From Tricharina praecox (taxonomy: Eukaryota): a DNA stretch of 64,000 nucleotides. Positions 49,185-62,303 of this stretch are shown here, piece by piece. The stretch is from NCBI RefSeq assembly GCF_024521635.1, contig NW_026250415.1, positions 248,001 through 312,000 of the forward strand. The letters run 5' to 3'. A program made the position numbers and the translations under genes. Position 1 is the stretch's first letter. Every line of letters begins with the position of its first letter. The notes beneath the pieces were generated by a model. That model had not been told where the DNA came from. It made no database searches and saw only the letters and a program-made list of their open reading frames with translations.

Positions 49185-50778
49185 ATGTCGCACGTTTGTC
49201 CACCAGTGCCTTAGTAACCGGCCGACTCATACGGCGTACAGGAAGCTTACGCTTGTCACCTCGCCCAGCAACTCTTCTGCGGCCGAACGCAAGCCGCGGC
49301 TCGACCTTCTACGCGGCCATCCGTCGACGCGCCTGCTGCCCACCCACGCCATCTACGAGGCCGCCGGCGTCGCCCTGAACTCGCCATCGCTGCTGCCGCA
49401 GGACTCCTACGCCGAGAACCGCCACCCTCTGGCCTACGGCGCCGACAACGGCAACGCCAACGTGCGCGAGGAGATCGGCCGGTGGTGCGCAGAGCGCTAC
49501 CGGCTGCGTGAGGCAATTCCACTGTACGTCCCCCCCCCCCCCCCCCCCCCTCCTCTCCGTCCGCGGGGCTGACCGTGCGCGAAGAGAGCGGATATTCCTG
49601 ACCAACGGGGCATCATACGGGCTGCAGACAGCGCTATCGCTGTTCACGTCGCCGGTGACGGGGTACACCAAGTGCGCATTCGTGCTCAGCCCGACCTACT
49701 TCCTCGCGGGGCGGACCTTCGAGGACGCCGGGTTCGCGTCGCGGATCGTAGCCGTGCGGACGACGCGGACCTCGCTGGATTTCGACGGGCTGCTGGCGCA
49801 GCTGCGGCGCGTGGATGCTGAGCGGCCCGATGTGTCGCTCGAGGAGGGGTTGCGTCCCCTGCTGCGCGGGGGTGCGCCACAGGCGGCGAAGAGGCTGTTC
49901 AAATTCGTCCTGTATTGTGTACCGACGTACTCCAACCCCACCGGTGAGACCATGGATCTCGACTCCCGCCGCCGGCTCGTGCAGATCGCGCGCGAGTGGG
50001 ATATGCTCATCATTTGCGACGATGTTTACGACTTCCTGGGGAACGATGATCAGCCCGCTGTGCCCCCCATGCGCCTGGTGAGTATCGACGCCGAGACCCT
50101 GCCGCGGGATAAGCCCGAAGGCGAGACGGGAAACACGATCAGCAACTGCTCGTTCTCGAAACTGGTCGGCCCTGGCCTGCGCGCGGGATGGATCGAGAGC
50201 GCGACGGGAGTGCTGGCGAAACAGCTCGGCGACGGGGGTGCGAATCATAGCGTATGCCACCCGTCCCACCCTCCTTCCCCCACGCTCGGACTGACACCGG
50301 TATCAAGGGCGGCTGTCCCTCGCAATTCACGAGCACGCTGTTGTACCCTTTGCTGCTCCCCCTCAGCGCGCGCAACCCTGTGCGGAAGATCGACAGCATA
50401 ATCAGCACATTGACATTAGCGTACACGCTCCGGTGCGGGGCTTTGGTCGCGGCTATCCACGAGTTCCTTCCCGCCGGTACCGAGGTCTGGGGCGGTCGCG
50501 GCGGGTTCTTCGTTTGGGTCGGACTGCCGAAGGAGCTGGATGCCTGGGAGATTGTCAGGCTCGCGGCGGCTTATGAGGGCCTAGTCGTCGCTAGTGGCGG
50601 CATGAGTGAGTGTCCTGGTGAGGGGAACGCATTGGGCTGGGCGGATAGGTGGCTTAGAATCGCGGTTAGTTATTGTGAGGAGGAGGAGCTGGTCGAGGGC
50701 GTTAAGAGGCTGGCGAGGGCGGTGGATAGGTGGAGGGAGGGCGAGAGGGCGGTGAAGAGTGATGTCGAGGTTAAGTAA
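49185..50778 (+). CDS. PLP-dependent aminotransferase class I/II (YER152C/Aro8/MocR-like)
   Basis: LDLLRGHP, PLAYG..G, LTNGAS, YCVPTYSNPTG, IICDDVYDFL, SFSKLVGPGLRAGW (PLP lysine), GGFFVW, WLRIAVS. The start and first intron are uncertain. Confidence 0.88.
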
Positions 50779-51088
50779 ACTTAAAACTATCGTCGTTGTA
50801 GATGTATCATGTGGGATAGAATACAGAATTCCGACAGGCGTACGAGCAAAATACTGTTGTTGGCAGTACTCAAGAAGCGTATAGGGAAAACAGGCAGTTA
50901 CATCTGTATGTAGATTAAAGAGAATACACAAAGAAAGGAGCGACCTCAATCGTCCGCCACGACTAAGCGGAGAACTCGCGACGTTTCAACACGTTTCTTG
51001 GAATATTCATCCGATCGAGTGAGAGAACATGACGCACGTTGTGGTGCGGTTGCTGCGATTGATCCAGGAGCCACTAACTGATGCGCCG

Positions 51089-51935
51089 TTGAGGATGAAT
51101 GGCTGCTCGACTCTAGTTGAGCGAGTCGAGTCAGCCTGGGGGGTGACGGTACCCAAACGAGGTTGAATGGCTGCTCGAGTGTTACATACTTGGAAGATTC
51201 CCCTTATTCGTCACTCGATCGCAGCAGTGTCTCGTGCTGTCTTCTCGGCACGCGTCGCGTTGGGTTGAACGGGAGCTGGTAATATGTGAAGTGGTTGGCT
51301 GGTTGTTCGCTCACGGAAATTGGACTTGACCATGGAGCTGGCGAGGCTGAATGGCTGCTCGAGTGCTTCTTGGAACATCCCCCTGGCTCGATCACACCAG
51401 GTAACGAGGCTGAATGGCTACTCAAGTGATTCTTGGAATTCCCAGCAGCTGTCGAGTAACTAGTCTACCCTGTGCTCCCTAGAGTCCGCAAGGTGTCATC
51501 CACACTCTGCCCGAGTCACAGCTCCAGCTGCTCCACGATCAAGAGAACGGGTGATGAATAGAGCTGGATCACGAAACTAATCTCGGAGCTGTCGAGGATG
51601 AATGGCCACCTACCTGGGTATTCTAGTATGTATACTAAATCATGGAATTAGAATGGGACGAGTAAGAATTGCGGATTCGAGGGTTGAGGCTTGAATGGAG
51701 TATATAGATCTTGGAACACCCAGCGGCTGTCGAGTACCTACCGTAGTTATCTTATTGGCGGCTGGGTACCTACCTCCCAAAGTAATCAGTGCTCCGTGGA
51801 AGGTGCCATCCACACTCATCCCGAAGAAACATCTCCAACTACTCCACAGTCAAGAACTGGTGGTGAACAGGGCTGGACCGCGCGACTACTCTTGGAGCTT
51901 TCGAGCTGTCAAGGATGAATAGCCGCCTAGGTACA
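51089..51935 (-). repeat. Inverted copy of the 30.6-32.0 kb repeat family plus an additional duplicated ~200-bp module
   Basis: GCTGGCGAGGCTGAATGGCTGCTCGAGTGCTTCTTGGAA (~51337-51375) is the reverse complement of the core. Six core-like copies are present. 51431-51620 resembles 51709-51930. Confidence 0.88.
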
Positions 51936-54900
51936 TACCCATCCTAGCACATACTTGATAAATACATAAACCCCATGATCAAAAAAGAAAAAAAGGTCGT
52001 TCTGCCTAAGCTCACCGCAGTCAAGTCCGTATCTCCGTATCTCCCTGCCCTGTACCTACCAGCATTCTTTAGCCAGTCTATAGGCTTCGTTGCCATCACT
52101 TCCAAATTCCAACGGCGATCCATGAGAATTACCGAGTGCGATCCTATGAATCAGTACCCAACTCACGCCGGTGTCTCGGAGCTACCATTCCAGCACTCAC
52201 GAGAAAGGTCAGTAGGCTAGGCCAGGCTTCACCCCCAGGCTCCTCGGTAAGTCTTTGCCCTGCACTGTAAAATGTTCGTTAACCATCATTTGTGATTGCC
52301 CGCCGCCGCCGCTGTCAACGCTCAATATCTAACACCACATATGTCAGGCTTGAGCGCTGGCAAACCCCCCACGGCGTTATTGGTACGTTGGTGTATGTAG
52401 ATATAAGGTTCGCAGCGTATCCGGCGAGATTGACAGTGCGTCTTGTTGATATGTATACTTGCGGTTCGAGCGGAATGGTTGGGGAAGTCTGTATACTCCG
52501 CGCAAGCGCACGAAGCCCGGCCGTGTGCTCTACATACACACGATACATACGATTACGTGGAGACGGGCGTTTGAACATGATAGGTCTAGCTATCTCCGAG
52601 TCTCCGGTTCGCCGCGTCGGGGGAGTCCGCCCCAGGTGGCAGGGACCGTCATCGCCGTGCTGCTGGTGTTGACGTGCTCGACAATCAATGCATGAAAAGC
52701 GCGCAGCCGCGCCTGCCAAAGGGAAAGGGCTGGACTTGATGGCGACAGTATCGACCGCATACCCGCTCACTCGCAATGCGCAGCCTTCCCTTCCCCTCCC
52801 CCCTACCCACTCCCCCCTCCATCCTCTACCACCCCACCGCCGCCTCGATGACGGGCTTTTTTGCTTTTCTCATCCGATCTAGGTATCCGTCTACTATTTA
52901 GGATAGGGACCCTTCGCCCCACAGTCATAGCATATCGTGCAGTTCATCTATCTACCAGTTAGCGAGTCCAATGATGCCCCCCTCCCTCCAAATATCGTCA
53001 TGCGGGGAATAAATATAGATGTGTCAGGGCCTGGCTGAGTGCGCTGCACGCATGCAGTAGAGTGCACCGCCCATTCGCAGACCTTCACGGCGGTAGTGGC
53101 AGTAACAGTGGCAGTGGCAATCTACCTACATACGTGATTTATCAGGAAGGCTGTGGCCTGTGAGTCGAACGGAACGATGTGTGCAACTGCACACTTCACT
53201 GAGCTTCTTACCTAACTCAACGTTAGTTGTTATCTAGATGTAGGTACCATACGACTGCTGCCTCCAGCCTTCCTTTCTGCTCCCTCCCTCCCTCGCTCCC
53301 CTTATCCCTCATTCATTCATCCATCCCTTCCACCGCCCGCCCGCCTATGCTACTCACTAGCTCTGGACGAGAAGGAGAACGATCGACAGAATACCTCATT
53401 TTTTCACTTGTTCTCCCCACAGGTCGATCGATATATGGGAAACAATACGCGCGCTGCGGCGGCAGGGCTTCAGAGCATGAGCAATACCTATGCCTGACTA
53501 CTCCACAGCAGGAGACGCGCACGTCCGCACGTTCGCACACCTGGGTGGGCCTGGTGGGTGGGGACATCTTACATACTATACATACTGCGCCCGTTGCTAA
53601 CTAATCGGTGCGCTGATCTAGGGTTGTGACGAGTCGCCATGCTGTGTACCTAGAGCTTGTGGTTCTTACGTTTGGCACCACCAGCGCCAGTGGCCGCGCC
53701 GCGGCGATGATGATGCTGCCTAGAAGGTGCGTCAGGCACCAAACAGAATAACGACGACGCCGGAATATGTATGCACGAGCATAAGCGGGTGTGTCACGCA
53801 TAGTCAGTATGTGAGTCGCACGTCCTCTTGAGAATAGGTTATCCGCTTCTCGCCTACTTACGAACGATACGGTACGATAAGGCTGTTGGGCTTCTGGATG
53901 ATTTCGCTCCATACATACGGTAGGTACTTACCCAAGTCACTTATGTACCAGTACTCAGTACTCATCGCCGGTCCGGGGAAATATCCACTGATTGCAGACG
54001 GAAATATAGTAGCTCGGGATCTCTCGGGCGTCGGGAGCCGGGACAGAAGTGTGGGGAAAGGTCCGAAAGGACAATCTTGACTCACGGGCGAAGCCCGCAA
54101 GCGTTAGTTAACTACCGATTGCGCACGCTTCTGGGCAGTGAGCACCTGCATGGAACGTCAGATAAACGGTGGTATGTATCTTCCGGTGGATTCTACATAC
54201 ACATACGAGGTGAATTGGCAGCTGGATGAACCGGTTAAAGTATAGGTACGGCTAACTAACTGCTCTCATGTGTGTCTATGTGCTGCGCATCTGACGAATT
54301 CAGGGCAGTGGGCACTGCCTCGCCTCGCCTCCTCGAGTCACTGACTCCCTGACTCCCTGCGCATTCGCGACCAAGGTACATACATACATAGAGTACATAC
54401 CATACAGTTCTTCCTTGACCAATACGACAGCGGTGAGGCAGTTCAGCTTCAAGATTGAGCGATTGCGGAAACAAAAAACGAAACAGTCTGCTATGCAGGT
54501 ACCTAACAGGGTAACTACAACCATGTCGACCAAGGGAACAGCTCGAGGGGGTTCTCCTTAATTATTGTTGTGGAGGGAGAGGGGCGTGCTCACAGCTGAG
54601 CTGGGTGCTGTGCAGCCCAACCCAACCCAACGCACCGACGCCGACGCACCGACGCATGGATGATGGCTGGCGGCTGGAGTTCGGGATCTCGCGAGGCGTG
54701 TAGAGTATGTAACATATGCTACATACTCTACACGGCTCTGCTGGGTGGGAGGAGGAGCAGCCGAACGATTATTGAGAGTTGCTTGCTTATAGCACATCAT
54801 AGATTAGTTGGGGCAGGCATGGATGCCACAATTCCACAGCCGGGGCTGGCTCGAAGGGCGGGTTTCTATCCGACAAAAAAGAAGGTTGGGACACGCACCC

Positions 54901-56049
54901 GTGTGCCCGCCTACATGCCTTGGTGCTCCACGGGCTTCCGGCACCAAGCCGCCCCAGGGTTTTTTCTTTCTTTTCTCATCATTAGTCAGGAGCCGAAGAC
55001 CGCCCGACCGCCACGGCGATCCCGTGGACGGTGACGGGGTGGTGATGTTGTTGGCTGTTGGCTGCTGCAGTGCGTCCGCTCGCCACGCCACGTGCTTATG
55101 TAATGAGCTCTCGGCTACCGCAAGGTACAGTACTACAGGTACTGCGAGCAGTAGGTACTCTACTCTTCATACTTCCGTTCGAACCGCCGCTGGGACGACA
55201 GCGTCCCTTCTTTCCTTCCTTCCTTCTGCCTTCCTTCTTGGCTCCCGGTCTAGGTCTCGGAAGCTTATGGCGGCATGGATTTGTTTGGCTGGCTGGCCCT
55301 GCGCCCACATTTCCGGGGCAGCCAGATGGGTGCTGGTTGGTTGCTAGGTGTTAGGTTGCACGTTTGTCCAACCCCAGATTCCGTCTTGTTGTGGTCCTGT
55401 GGCCAGACCTGCAGCAGTGCGGCTGAATGGCTGGCTGGTAAATCATAGTTCCTGGGAGGTGGCAAATAGCAAAGCTCGGGGTCCGGGGATGGGTTGGTTG
55501 TTGTATAGCAGCATGGGAACATGGGTAGGTTCAACCGAAGAAAGGGTGTCTGGTATAGGAGGAAAAGGTGTGGACCCTGAACTGCCCGACCATGCAGGGC
55601 TTCAGATTGATTGATTGTGAAAAGGATGTGGACGTTCTCGAGCTTGGGCGTTTCTGGTCTGTCTGATCTGTCAGAGTCACGCCCCCATCCCACCCCCAAC
55701 ATTATCAGCAGCGGCACTGCTTACAGTATCCATACGAGTGCCTACCACCGGACAACGGACCAGCAAGCGACTGCTATCTAACTACCGTAACCAACCTATC
55801 AATTATTTTCTACACACGGAGGACCACGCGATATGATCGTCATCCCTATGCACAGGTGCTCGGTGGATTCGGGCATGCTCAACGCAGGATAAGTCACACG
55901 TAAAAATGACCGCGGACTGGCCTCGATCTGCAATCCGCCATCCGAAGATGTTGCCCCGACAGCCACAGCCGGACGCCAGACGGCCAGACGGCCAGACGGC
56001 AGTGGCCAGTTGGCTAGTTGGCTGGACGGTGGGACGGTCAGACGCCCAG

Positions 56050-56055
56050 TATAAA
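56050..56055 (+). promoter_or_regulatory. Putative TATA box of the protease gene
   Basis: TATAAA followed by CT-rich tracts ~550 bp upstream of the ATG. Confidence 0.4.
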
Positions 56056-56602
56056 GCTATATGGACCGCTGCATCCTCTGTGGTCCAGTAATTATTCCAG
56101 ATCTCTCCCTCCCTCCCTCTTTCTGTCCATTGTTTCGTTGTACGACATTCCATCGTTCGTGGCCCCCGATACCCGCCACCGCCCGCAACAACTCTTTCGT
56201 TACATTTTCTGTGTGCTGTTGAATCAAGCCAGCACCCGTCTTTCTTTTCGTCCAGCACATCAAAACACAGCCCAGGCAGACACGCACTCGAGCGAGCACT
56301 ACCTGCCCTTTGGTGACCGTCTTACTCACCAACCCACCTACCCTTCCCTCCCCCCTGAGCAACGACCGGAGACGTGATTATCGCGCTCCGCTCCCCGAAT
56401 TGGTAGCTTAATAGCTTGATAGGAGGAGAAGCACAAGAACCGTCCCTACAGGGTTCTGCAGAACAGCGTTTACTTAAATCCGGCCCCCTTCCTTCCTTCA
56501 CTCCTGGCTCTCTCTATATCCAGACGAAAGTTCCTCCCTTCACTTCGGTCCTTCGTCTCTATCCCACGATTGTCTAGGCACCACCGTACCTTTTGGTCCA
56601 AC

Positions 56603-59600
56603 ATGAACTCCCGTCGTGGTTCCATCCAGCAGCCCGAGCAGCAGCCGCAGCAACAGCAGCCGTTGACTCTTCCCGTTGCCCCAGCTTCGTATATCGTCAA
56701 GACGCCATGTGTACCGACACCGGATTCGGCCTTACGACATCAGGCGTCGCGCGACTTATCCTATTTCCCGCTCCAGGCCGAGACCATCGTCGTCCCTTCG
56801 AACGATAACCTTCTCGAGAACGTTGATACCCTACGAAATAAGCCCCTCTGGACCGAGAGTCAGAAGCCTGTCAAGATCGCTGTCAACGCACCTCCGGCGC
56901 CGGTGGCGGCCAAGCTTGAGACACAGACGGAGCTCGAAGAACCAGTCATAACCGTGCTGCCGTCCGAAGAGCAGCAGCCTCCTCCGCTACCGCTTTCCTC
57001 CACACCGGCTGTTCTGGCCATTGTCGATCCGATCGTCGAGAAGAAAGTAGTAGCTTTCGAGAAGACAGCGCCACCGTCCCGGAGCTTGTCTGTCCTTAGT
57101 GTTCCGGCTAGCGTGATTGCCACGAGCCCGTCCGACAAAGAAACCTGGGACCGCACGTTGTCCAGGGTCATCAACGGTATCGTGTCCATCAAGGCCACGA
57201 CCACGCGTCCCTTCGACACCGAGTCGGCGGGCGACTACACCGCCACCGGATTCGTGATCTCCAAGGAGCATGGATTGATCCTGTCCAACCGCCACGTAGT
57301 CAACCCGGCGCCAATCACGTCGGTCGCGGTCTTTGTCAACTATGAGGAGATCCCTATCTGGCCCGTGTATCGCGACCCGATCCACGACTTCGGTATCTTC
57401 CGGTACGACCCGGCGAAGCTCAAGCACATCAAGGTCGAGGAGATTGAGCTCCACCCCGATGCGGCGCACGTCGGCGAGGATATTCGCGTCGTCGGAAACG
57501 ACGCCGGCGAGAAGTTGAGTATCTTGGGATCCACGCTCGCGCGTCTGGACCGACATGCGCCTTCGTATGGAGTTGATAGCTACAATGTAAGCTTCCCTTA
57601 TCTCGTGCAACCCCAACCACATCGCATCTCAAACCATAGAATATGATTGGATAACTGTTTTTTCTTTTTCTTTTTCAGGATTTCAATACGTTCTACATGC
57701 AAGCAGCCTCCGGCACCTCTGGCGGCTCATCCGGTAGTCCCGTCCTGAACATTCAGGGCCACGCTGTGGCGCTCAATGCCGGCGGTTCCAACAGCTCTCA
57801 GAGCTCCTTCTATCTTCCTTTGCACCGTGTTGTGCGAGCTGTCGAGAAGATTAAGAGGGGCGAAATTGTCAGCCGTGGTACCTTGCAGACCGAGTTTCTC
57901 TTCAAGAGTTACGACGAGCTACGCCGCCTCGGTATGAGCGAGGAGCTCGAGGAGCAGTGTCGCACCCGATTCCCCAGCGCTTCTGGACTTCTTAGCGTCA
58001 TCCGTGTCCTGAGAGGAGGTCCAGCGAGTGCCAACCGCAAGGGTGCATCCGCTGTCGAAGGAGTCACCGCGGAGGGCTTTACTCGTGTACCCGGTCTCGA
58101 GCCGGGCGATATCCTCTTCTCTTGCAACGGCCAGCACATCACCGGATTTGTTGACCTGTGGGAAATCATCGATGATAGTGTTGACCAGGAGATCACCCTT
58201 GGTATCTTCAGGGTTGGTAAGAACGGAGGTGCCAGCGGGATGTGCCAGGTGACTGCCCGGGTCCAGGATCTGCACTCGATCACCCCTAGCCGGTTCCTCG
58301 AAATCGGAGGCGCCACTTTCCACGACCTGTCGTATCAGATCGCCCGCAACCACAACTGCGAGCTGGGCACGGGCGTCTTCTGCGCCGCCTCCGGGTTCCT
58401 CTTGTGGTCGTCATGGAGTCGCGATTTCCTTGTCACCAGCGTCGACGGAAAGCCTACCAAGACACTCGACCAGTTCGTCGAGGTCCTGAGCGCGCTTCCC
58501 GATCGCAAGCGCATTCCTGTCATGACCAGGCCGCTGGGCAAGTCCGACGAGCACGTCATGATGGTGGACATGGACCGCCACTTCTTCCTTGCCGCGCTGT
58601 TCGAGCGCTGCGACTTGACGGGCACCTGGACTCGCAAGGAGCTGGAGGCTGCGCCCTTCGAAGTGGCCGAGGAGCCCCAGACCTCGAGCTCCGTCTGCGA
58701 GACTGAAATCGAAGAAGAGGAGGAGGAGGACGTCGAGACGATTGCATTGGATAAGATCAAGTCCGCCTTGGTTAACGTTGTCTGCCGCCTACCTTATTCT
58801 GTCTACGGAAACACTTCGGCGTCCAACTACTCCGGTGTCGGACTTATTGTCACTGTGGACCCGATTCCGTTGGTCGTATTCGACCGTACCGCCGTCCCCA
58901 CCGAGATGCTCGATATCCGGTTGACGGTCTCCAACAAGAGTTTCCCTGGAAAGGTGGTGTACCTCGGTGCATTCACCCTTGTAACCTTTGATCGCAAGCT
59001 CCTTCCAGAGGACGTTACCCTCCCCACGTGGGACGAGGTTCCCTTGAAGGTCCGCGACGAGGTCAAGGTCATCGGTCTTACTTCGGATCAGCTCTTGGTG
59101 ACCAAGGATTCGTCCATCTGCAGCATCGGCATGAACTTCAACACCAAGCAGTGCAACCCTCCCCGCAACCGTCTGATCAACGTTGAGAACATTAACGTGC
59201 TCGAGTCTCCCAGCTGCTGGGGCGGTGTAATCGTGCGCAAGCCTGCCACGCCCACGAGCACCCACAACGTATCGGCGTTCTTCATGGCGGTATCGTCCCA
59301 GAACCGCGCTGGTGAGGACGTATGTTGGACCCAGGGCTGTGAAATCCAGCGCTACATCATGCCGGTCGTGCGCAAGATCCAGGAGAGTGTTGGTACACCC
59401 ATGGATGTCGAGCCGCCCACCAGGGATCTCGGTATCGAGTTTGCGGACTTGCCGCTCTCCACTGTGTCCACCATGGGGCTATCGGAGCGCCGCTTCAAGG
59501 GCTTCGTCAAGGCCGCCAAGAAGTTCCGTGGCAACCCCCGCCCGCTGGTCGTCGAGACCCGCCTGCGCCCGACCACCCCTGGCACCGACAAGGAGGCCGC

Positions 59601-60201
59601 ACTCAAGATCGCCGACATCGTGCTCGAGATTGAGGGTAAGCCCATCTACCGCGTCAGCGAGCTGACGGAGCTTAACCTCGACAACAAGGAGCAGGTCGAA
59701 GTGATCGTGCTGCGTGGCCGCCAAGAGGTCAAGCTTACCATCCCCACGGTGGCATCATGGCCGTCGTCGGGCAAGACCATCGTCCAGTTCTTTGGCGCGA
59801 TCCTGCACTCGACACACAGTGCCGCATTGGAGCAGGTGTCGTCGACCGCGGCCCTGGTCCCTCTGGACTCTCCCGGCGTCTACGTCGGCGGCGTATCCTA
59901 CGGCTCCCCGGCACTCGACAACATCCGCCCCACACACTGGATCCTTGAAGTCGACGGCTCCCCCGTGAACTCTATCGAAGACGTGCTCTCGCTCGTCCGC
60001 GAGAAGCGCTGGCAGCAGGGTGATTACGTCCGCGTCAAGCAGGTGTCGCGCAAGGGAATCACCTCCCTTGTCAGCGTCAAGGTCGACGAACGCTTCTGGC
60101 CCACGCTGTGCTGGACCAAGGATACCGAGAACGCTGAAGGCGCCGGATGGAAGCAGGAGCGGTGGAGTGGCGAGGAGTTTGTGCTGCCTTTCGGACAGTA
60201 G
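56603..60201 (+). CDS. NMA111: HtrA-type serine protease with PDZ domains, Nma111/Ynm3 family (~1168 aa)
   Basis: [16 protein letters not shown] (His), YRDPIHDFG (Asp), [37 protein letters not shown] (Ser). Intron 57587-57678. May be a paralogue. Confidence 0.9.
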
Positions 60202-60906
60202 ACGTTGAGTTTTTGGGTCGGTTGGGTTGGCGTTGCTGTTGATTGATTGTCTGGTTGTCTGATTATGATTCCTTTCTCTTTCTTTTCTTCTGCTTTTGCT
60301 TTAATAGCGGACTGTTTTTTGGGTTATCTTGGATTTTAGTATTATCATTGGGGTTTGCATGGGATGATGGTTCGGGGTTTGGCTGACTGGTTGGTTGGTT
60401 GGTTAGTTGGGGCAGGTTTCGGGTATCATACAAATCATGGGGGTTTATCTTCTCACTCACTACTGTTTTGGTTTTTTGGATTTTGGATTATTACTTTTCT
60501 TTTGGCTGCGATAGATTGTTTTTGTTCGATCTCTACCACTACCTATTACCTCATTCTTAGAAACCAAACGGGCATTGCTGTACCGGTATGAAATAAGTAT
60601 GCTTGAGAAGCTTGAGAAGTTTGAGAAAAGGGGGGTTAATGGATTACATGGTTCTGTAAGAAGTTTGGCTTGCGAGTGGTTACTGACGATGATTGATGTT
60701 CGTTCGTAAGATTCGGGATGTTGCTGGGTGAGAGGGACGAACGGTGATGGTTAACCGCCAATTATAGTAGAACTGCATCATCGACTTACCTGGGTAGATC
60801 AGGTTGAATGGTGGTTGATGGTGGCCAGGTATCCTCGATGGGTAGGCGGCTGATGGGTTCGATTGAGAGGGGCCTTTCGGGTCGTGTATGTACTATAATA
60901 CGTACG

Positions 60907-61212
60907 GTAGGTGGCCATTAATCTTCGACACCTAGGTACAAGACTAGTCTCGCGATCCGGTACCATTCACTACCAGTTCTCCTGATAGTGGAGCAGTGGG
61001 AGATGTTTCCTCGCGATGAGTGTGAATAGCAACTTCTAGACTTTAGGGAGCACAGAGCAGGTATGATGTATGTAGGAAAAGTAGGTAGGTGGTAGGTACC
61101 CAGCTGCCGATAATTTACAACTACTCGAGTCTTGAGTCGACAGAAGCTGTGAATTCCAAGACCTCAACCTCAATCCTTGAATCTGCAGCTCTCACTCGTC
61201 CCGTCCCATTCC
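60907..61212 (+). repeat. Third, diverged copy of the dispersed repeat family (reverse complement of parts of 51470-51845)
   Basis: GTAGGTGGCCATTAATCTTCGACA, GGAGATGTTTCC..GATGAGTGTG, TAGGGAGCACAG, GTAGGTACCCAGCTGCC and CCTCAATCCTTGAATCTGCA..CTCGTCCC each match the 51-kb locus inverted. Confidence 0.8.
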
Positions 61213-62303
61213 CGCCACCACCGCCACCGTAATAACGTATCTCCTTGGTCGCCATAGTCTAGTAAGGCTGCACACTAGGTACACTACTGGTACTATCTAC
61301 CCTGTAATTAAGTGTTTATGTCGTCCTTGCTCGTCTGGTTTCGTTCGGTTTTCCTTCTTCATCGCTCTTGGACAGTTGGACTTTTTCTTGAATTGATCAC
61401 GGTTTTGAACCTGTGCCCGTTTTGGGGTCTCTCAGTAGGGAGTGGGGAGGAAACGGACATGTTCCAACCCTGATCTAGATTATCAAGATCGAATGCTGAA
61501 GGATGACCAAACAAGAATATTCAAGGAAGTCCGCATCCATTCATTCGATCTTGCAACCACCGTCCATGGCCCCATCCGTCTCCCAAGATTCCCGCTCATC
61601 CCGCCATCTCATGACCGCACTGCCACAGCCTAGCCTCAACTGCATAGGTGCTGACAGATGCCAGCACCGCAAAACGGGTGATATCCTATGAAAAAGCTAC
61701 CTACATAAGCACTCACCCCCTCCGATACGATTTGCGCGTGTGTGGCTGTTCCTCGCTGTTTCTCGAGTCATGGCCCATGGATTGGTCACGGCTAATGACA
61801 ACCGACCGACAACCGACCGACCATTGGACGGCGCAGTTCATCCCGCCGCAGTCGCCGCACTGTCACTTCTGCTTCACCTGCTTCACTTGCTTCACCTGCT
61901 TCAATCCTGTGTAGATCCCGTAGGACTAGGTAGGTATTTGGAGGTGAAACCGCGTGCTTACAGGTGAACTACGGTACCGGGGCTTTGGTTGGTATGTTGT
62001 ATGGTGACCACTGCACCAAGTGGAGTATTCAACTCTTGGGTTCCATCTAGCACGTCGAACGTCGAACATCAGACATCATACATCACAATCACATCAGACA
62101 TCAGACATCACATCACTCGTCCGCACGACCTCCCATGACATCCCATCCCATCCCACTGCACTGCACACCGTGTTCCAACATCTTCACATCTTCACATCTT
62201 CACGTACCCCCCCCTCGGGGAGCAAGTATGGGAGCAAGTAGGTACGGGTATTATCTATTGTCTCATCCGTTCAGTACTTAGTTGGGTAGTTATATTCCCG
62301 CCG

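Noticed and set aside
49529..49551. Poly-C run as a frameshift in the aminotransferase
   Set aside because: It falls inside a GTACGT...GCTGAC...AG intron.
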